Positions 50,601-61,200 of a stretch of DNA of 64,000 nucleotides are shown here, in pieces; position 1 is the stretch's first letter; every line of letters begins with the position of its first letter. Both the position numbers and the translations under genes were made by a program. Below the pieces are notes generated by a model. The model saw nothing but the letters and a program-made list of their open reading frames with translations, ran no database searches and had not been told where the DNA came from. Source of the DNA: Vitrella brassicaformis CCMP3155 (Eukaryota > Protista > Chromerida); NCBI GenBank assembly GCA_001179505.1, contig CDMY01000322.1, forward strand, positions 1 to 64,000. Reading direction: 5' to 3'.

Positions 50601-51329
50601 TGAGTGTTTGTGTACCATCGTGGCGCCATATCCAACCCTAGAGACGGGACACACACAGGACAAAGCAACAGCAATCGACCGGTGCTGCCGCCCTCCACGT
50701 GTGGATGTGATGTGGCTGACCGATATCAGCGGGTATGTGCATCCGGCCGTCACAAAGCAGAGAAGCCCGAAGCTACGAAGCGAGATGCGCTCAGCCACAG
50801 GGCCACTGAGAATCGTTGTCGCTGACCGACCATCACAGACACTTACTTGCCCAACGCAAACACATGTCGGTTGGTTGGTGGCATTTCTCACCGAGTCCGG
50901 CGAAGACAAGGTGGAAGAAGTAGAAGGCCAGGTCATCGGGGTCAGAAAACACGCTCAGAGAACGAAAGGCAAACGAATACCCTGCACACAACCGATACAG
51001 GACAGAACAGAAAAAGAAAGGCGAGCAAGGCCTTGCCACAATCCCCCTGGCGGCCACCCCCCGTACGCACCGATGTATGTGTAGCTGACGATGGTGATGA
51101 GGAAGTCGATTGTGTTCTTGACGAGGATGCTGTTGGCGTTCTTGCCGGCCACACATGCCGCTTCGACCATGGCGAATCCCGCCTGCATCAGGAAGATGAG
51201 GTAGGCCGACTGCAGGATGTACCCCTCGTTGACCGAGTTGCGAAACGCCGCATCCTCGCACCCGCCCGAGGTGACGACGAACGTGTCGAAACACTCACCG
51301 AACACACACGAAGTGCTGTTGGTGGCCAT
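47630..51329 (-). CDS. AMT: Ammonium transporter (Amt/Mep/Rh) with C-terminal C2 domain
   Basis: FLMQAGFAMVE, FVDFAGGTAVH, GTFLLWFGW, WPIHGAAGIWG, LRVSRQEELEGLD. In-phase exons then give GTLRIKLEKAEL..IFVEVRL..THAVEYGNPVWNE..YVIGDVYF. The last exon is less certain. Confidence 0.88.
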
Positions 51330-51789
51330 GGTCGCTCAGCAGGTCAGGGGGGAAAGGTGAAAGGGGTAACGCAAGAGGGGCAGAAGGGAAAGCCCCAATG
51401 CTCGTGTGTAGACGTAGACTGTCGTCCTCCTGCGCCCGTAGTCAGCGGCCTTCGACGTCAGGCTCCCGCGGCTGCTGGAGGCCTCATGGCACACATGCGC
51501 AGAAGAAAGTCAAAGGTGTGGTTCTCTGGAGCACTAGGAAAAGGCCTGAAGTGTTCGGAAACGCTCCCGCGTCTCGCATGGGTGGGGGCTTCTGGGGGCC
51601 AGCGACCCGTTTCACGCTTTTCCCAAACACAGAAAGAGTCATCCTCTCCAATTGAGCTTAGCGAGGCTAGCGAGAGCATCAGGGTGACACAGAAGGTCAC
51701 CTTTGTCGATATTCGCTGAGTTTGAGAATCGGCACTCATCCCATCTGCCGCTGCTATACCTCTGTCGCCAGCAGATCATCACATCCGCC

Positions 51790-54269
51790 GTGAAGTGCCC
51801 GTCGGCCACCACCACGGCCACAGCAGACGGTGCCGACAGACTAGCAGCGGAGATGAGCGGCCGGCCGATGCTGCTCAACGTGGGCGGCTTCGTCATGGCG
51901 TTCCCTCGGGATGTGCTGCTGCGCGAGGGGCTGCGGGACACCTGCCTGGCGGTGCTGCTGAACCGCTTCGACAGCTGGATGATCACAGACGACAATCGCA
52001 TTCACTTCATTGACGCAGACCCCTTCTACTTCATCTGGTGAGGGGGAGGGAGGGAAGCAACACGATGGCTGACAGGCAGCAGAACTCGCCGTGTGTGTGT
52101 TCAGGTTGGCTGTGAAGCTTCGGTACCTTAGCTGCAACCGCATCGACGTGAGTGAGATCATCGAGGGCTGCCCCGCACTGGCCTTCTACCACGACCGTTT
52201 CTTCGCCAAGACGGCCGTCACCATCGAGCCGCAACACGGTGACCACGACAGCGAGGCGTTCCGGGGCTTCACGGCCGTCGTGGCGCCGTTCATCAGCTCA
52301 TCGGTGGCGGGCGGGACGGGCGGCAGTGAGGTGCTGAGTGTGCGTGTGGCGGATGGCGGTGTGGTGGCCACGACCGACGCGACGCTGGCCGACTACAGCA
52401 TACTGCACGACCGATTCATCAAGTAGGTCTACAGGCGGAGATGAGATGGCCTGGTGGTCATCTTGGGCACCGTGTGTGTGTGTGCAGGTATGGGCCCGTC
52501 GCGAATGTGTCGGCAGACACCTTCCACAAGTAACACACCACAGCAGCAGCCAGGCGGCACACGAAATCTCCATGTGTGTGTGCTGTGTGCAGGGTGGTGG
52601 ATTACGTCCGTCGCATTCGGTTGGCCCCCGACGCCGCCACGCCGCTGCCGACGAGCACTTGGCCTGACGAGCTGCTGTATGCCTGTGACATGTACGGCCT
52701 CATGGAGCGGGTGTACCTCTCGATGATCGGCAAATCCCACAGCCACATCAAATGCCTCTTCAAGTGAGTCACAACACACATTAGAGGGGGACAAGAGGGA
52801 GATGCCATGTGTTGATTTGGATGCCTTTGTGTGTCAGGAATTCGTCTGACGGTGGAGAGTTTGGCACTCTGGTAGAGCGAGTGGCGGGTGTGAGCGGCCT
52901 GCTGTTCGTTATCGAGGACGAGAAGCAGCACACCATCGCCTGCCACATCGACGGCCCCCTCATCCCCCCAGCTGACCCCACATCGACGCTGACCATCGGC
53001 TGCCCCGTGACCTTCTACTCCATCAGTGGGCCATTCGAGGAGGGCGGCATCGCCGAGATGACCGTGCCGCACACCGAGCAGCGTGTGATAGTCGCTGGCA
53101 CAGAGGGGGCGGTGAAGAACCCCCAGGGCTTGCGCGTGGGCAAGGTAGCCATCGGTGGGGGCCGTCTGTGGCTAGGGGTCGGAGAGGATGGGCGGCCGTC
53201 TGGCGACCTCCGCAGCTGCTGTCAGTGGGTGGAGAGGGATGAGCTCCCCGACGACAAGGCATATGTGGGTGACATGAGTGAGGACGGCCGGGCCACCATA
53301 GCTGCCAGCCACTGGTTTACCGCCCAGCGACTGGAGGTCTACCAGGTCAGACCGACAGACACATCAAGTGGACTGACGTCATCATGTCGATGTGACGTCT
53401 CTGTCCATGTGCGTCTGTGTGTGTCTGTTCAGGTGTGGAGCACTCTCCCGGCCGACCCCATCCTCCCCGCCGATGACCTCCACGCCCTCATCGACATGAC
53501 ACGCGACATATAGATGACCGCCCAGCTGCTCTACAAGTGGGTCAGCCAAAGATGAGCCGGGGGCCGTGATGCTATCAGCGTATCTCTCTCCTGTCTGTCC
53601 GGCTGTGTCAGGGGCGAGCGTGACGGCTGGGCGCACGAGACCATGCTGGCCAAGGTGGGCGAGGCGGCCGACCTGCTGCTGGTGGCCAAGGACACCGGCA
53701 GCCACACATTCGCCAGCCACATCGAGGGACAGCTCAAGCAGCCGGCCGACCCCACTGGAGTGGAGACGACATTCTGCCCCGTGACCTTCTACTCCATCAG
53801 TGGCGCATTCGAGGAGGGCGGCATCGCCAAGATCACCGTGCCACATGTCGAGCAGCGTGTGACAGTTGCGGGCACAGAGGGGGCGGTGATGGCCAACAAC
53901 GGGTGCGGGAGCGGCAAGGTGTCCATCGGTGGCGGCCGCCTGTGGCTGGGTGGTGTGGGGGAGGGGCAGCCGGGCGGCGACCTGCGCAGCTGCCATCAGT
54001 TTGTGCGGAGGGGTGATCTTCCCGACGACAAGGCGTACGTGGGCACCTTCAGGGAGGGGGGACGGCCATCTTAGCCGCCAGCCACTGGTCCACATGTGTC
54101 GATTTGGAGATTTACACACTGCAGGTCAGAAAGGGCCAGCGGGAGGAGGGGGGCACATGAGTGTTTTGATTCCGTTGCCCTCCTGGTTCTGTCTGTGTGT
54201 GTGCAGGTGCCGGATGGCTGGCAGTGGCTGAGTGCGGTGGCCGACATCGTGCCCTCACAATCGCCGTGA
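51790..54269 (+). pseudogene. BTB-BTB-TLDc-TLDc family gene, copy 4: premature TAG in linker exon and frameshift in TLDc-B (truncated gene or pseudogene)
   Basis: GAC ATA TAG at 53511-53513 where other copies read GGG. One base is missing at ~54061-54067 (GGA CGG CCA TCT TAG versus GGA CGG GCC ATC TTA). Confidence 0.8.
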
Positions 54270-54916
54270 GAGCTGTCTGTAGAGGGGCGGAGGGCGGAGG
54301 GAGCGAGTAGCCAGTCCATTAGAGTAGTCGGCAGGACTGGGAGCACGTGCATGAGATGCCCTTGCTTGTTTAGTTACTGAGGGCTCGTCCCTTTGACATA
54401 CATACGGTTGGTGGTCGCTGTCATGCCGCCGCCAGGTGCTCTGTGGCTTCGCGTGGAAGTGTGTATCTCCACCTCTTTTATCCACCCTCTTGTTTGGTTC
54501 ATGTATGCGGTGTCTCAGGTGTGCTGCATACATGTTCCCGACAGTCCATCCCTTGATTGCAGTAGCCACGCGACGCACACTCACAGACGGCTCCCACATG
54601 TGCAGCAGGAATCCCACACTCTTTTCAGGGATCTTGACAGCCCCGAAAGGAATGTGGGCTTCTTGCGGGGCAGCACCCAAGTGACTGACACTGTGCAAGG
54701 CCATGATGGCAGCAGCTTGATAGACCTCAAAAGACACCCATCTGTTTCCTTCGGGCCACGTCCAGCTGCCGCAAGTGGGCGCCGCACAAGAAGCGGACAC
54801 CGATCACGAGGCAGAGCCTGGCGTGAAGGTCAGCTTGATGCCATTGCATCTTTGAGCGTTGAGCCTCATACCAGGACAGTCGGGCTTTGACGTCCAAGGG
54901 GTGTCCGCCTGCTGCG

Positions 54917-54945
54917 TTTGAGAAAAGCGGATTTGAGAAAAGCGG
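54917..54945 (+). repeat. Short direct repeat tttgagaaaagcgg x2, upstream of the CBM-RING gene
   Basis: tttgagaaaagcgg-a-tttgagaaaagcgg about 145 bp before ATG 55090. Confidence 0.8.
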
Positions 54946-55089
54946 GTTTGCTGTGTCTGCTGTTCTGCTCCTCGGCTCACCACCCGCACAAATTCCAGCC
55001 CTCAGCGAATCAATTCAATCCCTCCCTTTCTTTTTTGCGAGCTCGAAAGGCGACGATCGCTGATTGCTGTCGTTGCATTTCTAGAGGGG

Positions 55090-57784
55090 ATGCTGGTTGA
55101 GGTACGTTACCGCACTGGCTGGTCCGAGTGCATGATGCGCTACTCTTGCTCTAGTCAAGACAGATGGCTGGACGTCACCATGGAGGTCCGCAAGCATCGC
55201 ACACAGAAGGGCGTCCAAGACGATATCCCTCGATGCACATGGATGCGTGTGCGTATAATGCAGGCCGATGGGCGGCGTGCTGGCTGGTTGAAGGCGCGTG
55301 TAGAGGTGCCGGATGGCAGCGGCGGGATCATGGAGTTTGTCATGCACAACGGGCGAGGCACCTGGGACAACCCGCCAGACTGGTACATGCGATGCATGCA
55401 TTGCAATGCATCCAGTCCAGATTCATTCTTTCTTTCTCTCTCTGTTGCGTGTGTGTTTGGATGTTTCTAAGGTACGGGCATCGCAATTACCAGGTTCCTC
55501 TCCCCGCTGACAATTCGCCCGCCCTGCTGATCGTCACACTCAGCAACGGCACTATAGATGGTCAGCAGAGGCAACAAATGTAGTACAAATGTGACTGACT
55601 GACAACATTGTCTGCGAGTGTGTGTGTGTGTGTGTGTGTGGTGCAGCTGTCGACGTGCCGCAAGATCTCGCACCAGCTGTCGCTGAGACGTAGGGCACAT
55701 CACAGTGGTCGCACTCCTGTTCCTGTGATGGATGGATGCTGTGCAGGTCTGTGGGCGCGGTGGCGGGCCTTACCCAGTGTAGCGTGTGTTTCGGGGACTA
55801 CCATCACGAAGATCTCCACAGGCAGCCCCAAGTGCTTAGATGCGGTGAGCAGGAAGCGCACACCGACACACGCACGCACAAGGGGCGAAGAAGTCAGTGT
55901 CGGTATATATGTGTATGTGTTTTGTGTGCCATACGTCCGCCACCACCAGGACATTCGTTTTGCCTCAAGGTACAGTGGCTGCATGGCCGCATCCATCGGA
56001 CTGCAGGATTGTATCTATCACGCCTTCTTGTTTCGCTGACTGCCTGTGCAGTGTGTCAGGGGCTTCATCGACCACCACCCCCGTGGCCGTCGTAGAGCTG
56101 TCTGTCCCACATGCAGGTGTGCACGCCGCCACCCCACTAATGCACAATAGTGCGTGTGCATCTGTATGTGTGGGGCTTTCTGTCAATCAGGGTTGAGACT
56201 CCAGAGGCTGATGTGCACATCAACTACGGCCTCCGTGACATCCTGGAGAAGCTGCTGACGGCCACTGCGGCGGCAGCGCCGGCTTCGGCGACCAACAATA
56301 CAACGCACCCCCACCCGACCCCCCCTGCTCCTCCTATTCCCCCAAGCAGCCACGACGCACTTGTTCCTCCTCGCCAGCGCCAGCAGCAGGCCGACGGACA
56401 AGACGACACCAATGCTATAGCCCCGCCGAGTCGGACGTAAGCAGACCTCTGTCAGACTCACCTACCTCAAGCATAGGTGCTTATCGGCTTTGTGTCTGTT
56501 CTTTGTATGTGTGTGTTGTCGGCAGTCCTGCCAGCGGTGGCAGCGCTTCTGTGAGTCGTCGAGCCGGCACATTGCTGTCTGGTGTGGAGAAGGACGGGGT
56601 GGTGAGGGAGGGCATGGCTGGACCACAGCCGAGTGGCGCGCGGCAGCGGCAGCGGCAGCGGCAACAGGCCAACAGCAATCTCTTCATCATCGCAGCTGCA
56701 CATGGCGCACAGCAGGCCAGGTAAATCCTGCTGACTGCAGACAAGATGGTCATGAGTCTGTCCTCCTTGATCTGGCCATTTCAGCGTTTTGCGTCGCAGC
56801 GGCACACTGCCACTGTCGCCGTTCGTGTCCGACGGACAAGACCACCACCACCACCACCAGCACCAGCAGCGGCAGCAGCAGCAGCAGAGGGACGATAGAC
56901 ATGAGGGTACGGACAGAGCTTAAAAGAGACAGACATCACACGACACACACGCGGGGGTGGGTGCATGTCATGTGTGCAGGTGGTGTGCAGCGTGAGCGTC
57001 GCCCCCACAGATACTACCGCAACTATGGCGGCAGAGTCAGGTGCGCGTGCTTGCCGCTTGCGGGGTGTACTCTCCCTCTCCCTCTCTCTCTCTCTCTCTT
57101 TCGTTGGTGTCGCTGCGCACAGGGAGCGTGGGACTCCCCAGCGGCCGATAGCCGAGCAGACACCGACCAACCGGACGTGAGCAGCACCTCTCTCTCACTC
57201 ACCGACCTCCGTCATTGCTCAAAGGTTCTGCCTTTTCGTCTGTTCTGTGTACACAGTGGAGGCAGCGCTTCTCTGCATCGCGGAGTGCAATCCGAGGAGG
57301 TGGGGCGGGATGCCACCGCTGGACCACAGCCAAGTCGCACGCAGCGGCAAGGACCACAGGCCAATAACAACCCCCTAGCCATCGCGGCACATGGCACACA
57401 GCAGGCCAGGTAAATCTCGCTGCTTACAGACAAGATGGTCGGCCCTCGTCATGAGTCTGTCCTCCTTGATCCGGCCATTTCAGCGTTTCGCGTTGCAGCG
57501 GCACATTGCCATGTGGTGTCCCATACGAGGTAGTGCGGGAGGGCAGCGGCAGGACGCCGACAGCCTTCGAGCGCGTCACGTACGACGACATCGCGTGGAC
57601 TGATAGATTCGAAGGCAACCGCATAGCGTGGCGTAACAGTGGGGCGGAGTGTCGTGTGTCGGATTGGTCCGAGTGGATGCGGGAGGCGCTGCTCGAGATG
57701 CGGGAGGGGGAGGTGAGGCGGGTCAACGACGACAGATATGGGCGGTTTGTACAGCTGCAATTGGTCCGCATTTTGGATCGATGA
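55090..57784 (+). CDS. CBM-like + RING-HC + low-complexity linker + FKBP-like multidomain protein
   Basis: About 13 exons in consistent phase: VRYRTGW..W..MEFVMHNGRGTWDN..NY (CBM25/53-like); CSVC..CGHSFCLKC..CPTC (RING-HC); LPCGVPYEVVREGSGRTPT..EALLEMREGEVRRV (FKBP-like). Confidence 0.8.
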
Positions 57785-58255
57785 ATGACAGACACATGGC
57801 ATAGCGCTTCCCCTTTTGGCCGCGTGTGGGTGGCATGTATGGCTGAGCGGGGAGGGAGAGAGGGAGGGAGGGCAGTGTGGACGCACACAGACAGTCGGCC
57901 TCGGTCGCTTCGCGTCTGCCAACGGGTGTGTGAGGCACCTCCCTCCCTCCGCCCACCCCTGTTGAGGCTCTCTCTCCTCCTCTGCTATTTCACCCACACC
58001 GGCCAGCGTGTATATGATGTTTGTTTGTGAGGCTGTGAATAGCCGGGTGGGCGGGGCGGTGGAATGATATTATAGAAAATTCATGAAGGAAATGTATCGA
58101 TAAATCAATCACCTTGTACACACGTCCATCTCTCTATCTATCTCTACACACACAGCCACACCGCAGCGCCCGACGTCTCAACACATCTCATCTGCAAGGA
58201 CCAATGTTCTTCCATCGTCCATTGTCAGTCATCGCCTCACAGCCATCTGTCCAGC

Positions 58256-61200
58256 TCACTCCACCAGCCGTGCACTTTGCCTGTCGTCGCTGCCCATTGC
58301 CCTGCCCTCCCCTGTGCCGAGCCGTGACAATCGTCTCTTGAGTCGCCTACAGATGCGCTGGCACCAGGGGCAGCACACGCACAGCTCATCGCGATAGCCC
58401 GTCTCGAAGTCATCCTCCTGTCCGATACACCGGCACACGCAACACAAGACACACAGAGAGGGATTGTCTGCACGCTGAGGATGGCGCGGCTAGCTTACGG
58501 AATCCTCATCCTCGTCGGCAGCGACGACCTTCGAGCCTGCACACACACACACGCAGAGAGAGAGAGAGAGATCGTGTCGATGTCTGCGCCCAGCAGCTGG
58601 GGATGGGATGGGCCGCTTACTTCTGCCCCAGTTGGCTCCCAGGATGTCCCGCTTGACGTTGGCAATCAGCGGCGGCTCGAAGGGGTCCAGGAACAATATG
58701 CTGGTCGCTGGCGCCTCGTACAGACGGACAGTGTGCTGATCGTCCTGTAAGGGCAAGGCGGACAGGCAGGCAAATCCACGGAGAGCGTATGTATGTGTGT
58801 CGGTGTCTACCTCGTCAATGTCGTCCTCCTGTGTGTCTGCCATTTTGCCCTGGACGGCGTGGAAGGCGTCGAGCCACACCTGCCGGTGCTGCATGGTGGG
58901 GGCGTGGAAATCATACACACGCGGCGGCAACGTGGGGCCCGCGCGCTGCAGCTGCACACACACACACACACACACACAGAGGGGCGGAGGATTTATGCTG
59001 GCCATTGATTGCATCTGTCTGCCAGTGATGTGTTTCATCCATACGAGTTGGAATCTGAGGTGCTGCGGGTCGTCCTCAGGGTCCGGCAGCCGGACGTCGG
59101 TGACGAACTTGAGGTCCACACTCCCCTGAGTGCACTCAGTCATGTCATTCACGCAGCCATGATTGTGCCTGTCTGTCTGTCTGCCTGCCTGTCCATTTTG
59201 TGTGCCGTGCCTACCTGTGAGATGGGGTTGTCTCGTGAAGGGTACCAGTAGAGCCGGCCGTTCTTGATGGCGCACCAATGCAGCTGCCAGCTGATCGATT
59301 CCAGGGGGAGTGAGTGACACAACGAGGAGAGAAGGGTGTGTGAGTCACCGACCGACCGACATGAATGAATGAATGGCTGGCTGGCTGGCGGGGACTTGCC
59401 TTTGGTTGAGGTGGCGAAGGTCTGGCCCCGATGTGACGGCGAGGGCCTGACTCTTGGCCACGTCCGCCAAACCTGCAACCAACAATAGCAAGGCACATAC
59501 ACACACACACACACATGGTCAGGCAAGCATTCATTGCGCCCGTCTGACGTACCCCTCTTCTCGAAGTCTTTCTTGTACAAATGCCCCTCGCAGACCACGA
59601 CGGGCAGCGTGGACTCAGCCATGATGTACTCCTCCTCGATATCCACACCCTCCTGCAAACACCACACAAACGACGGCCGGTGCATCCATCATTCTCCCTC
59701 CCTCTCCCTCCCAAGGATCGGTGCTCACAAATGAGCTCGACAGCTTCTGCATCTCAATCTCCTCCGTCGACTCGCCCCCCCTGGACACTGGCGAGCTCCC
59801 CGTCACACTCACAGACGGCCGGCTGCCATCCCGCGTTGACATCTCGCCAATCGACCCCCGCTCCCTCGCCGTCCCTCCAAATGACGGAGTTGGGCATGGG
59901 TCAGGCGTGGGGCTCTCGCCGCCTGGCCGAGTGAGGGCGGCCGCCCTTCTCCTGCTGGCCTCTGTGGGTGTGGACGGCGAGGGGTATGGGGTGCGGATGA
60001 GTGCGGGGTGGGGGCTGACGTCACGGGCGCTGAGGAACCAGTCGAGGTTGTGCACCTGCGAGTCGGACTCTGCTCACACACACACAGAGAGAGAGAGAGA
60101 GGAGGGTGACTGGGTGTGTGTGTGTTGTGGGTGCTGGTACCTCCTGGCGGCAACGAGTCGGTGCTCTCCTGCCGCTCAGTCAGCCTGAAGAAACGACATT
60201 CAGACAAGAGTCGGGTACCTAGGTGGGTTGGGTGCTCTTCTTGTCGTCACATCTGACCTTTCCTCCCGTTGCTCTCCTATATCGGGCTCGGCTGCCGGCG
60301 GCGGCAGCGGTGGCGTGACGTGTCCCTTGCGCGGCACTGCGACCGTTTTGGACCTGCCTGCAGACTGCCGGCCCCCCCTGGTCTCTCGCTCCTCCCACAT
60401 GCGCCCCGAATGCTGCCAGACAGACAGACAGACAGACAGGTGTGGTGTGTGTGGATCGTTGCCTTTGTTTCTTCCTTTCGGCCTTGTGCGTACTCTTCTC
60501 AGCGTGGCGACTTTGGTCCAGTGGAGCTCCTCGAACACCGAGCCCGTTATCGACGGCAGCCGCTCGCGACCACCGTCGCTGCACACACACACACACACAC
60601 ACAAAACCGATTCCCTTGTTCATTTCCCACAAGCCCCTGCAGACGTACGATCTCAACTGCCTTCGCGATTCGGCGTCTTGTGGCCCCCTTGTGGGTGTCC
60701 GGGATGGCTGTGTCGATGCGTCCGGCGACCGTGGTCCGGTGAGGGGGACGAACCTGAGGAGGCCGCCGGTCGGGGATGAGGCTGCTGTGTCGGGTTCGGG
60801 TGGGGCGCCCTCTTCCTCGTTGATGGACGACAGGGCCTCCTGGCAGCTGCTCAACACCTGATAGAGAGAAGGGCAGAGTGAGGGGTGGGGGTGTTGGGGG
60901 GTGTGTGTGGTTGCTGACTTCGTCTTTTTCCATCTTGTTGATGTCGTCTCTGAGAGCCACCAGCTGGGTGACCACATACATGTCGAAGAAGGGCCCGTAC
61001 TTGCGCCGAAACTCGCACACCTGACACACACCACACACGACAAGAAAAGACAGACACCCTCTTCTCCTCTATGGGCCAAGCCACCTTGAAGGTGAGGAAG
61101 TCCGGCCGCTCCTGCAGCACGTCGCTCATGTCTTGCAGGATGGCCACTCGCCGCTTGGTGGCGGCCTCGCCCAGGAAGCTCTCGAAGAACTCACCCAACA

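Noticed and set aside
53511-53513. Stop-codon reassignment or readthrough of TAG
   Set aside because: TAG is the genuine stop of CAPZA (6790-6792) and the Rab6-like gene (29847-29849), and the downstream domain is also frameshifted.
54393-54890. 165-aa plus-strand ORF between copy 4 and the CBM-RING gene
   Set aside because: No motif, intron pattern or paralogue recognisable.
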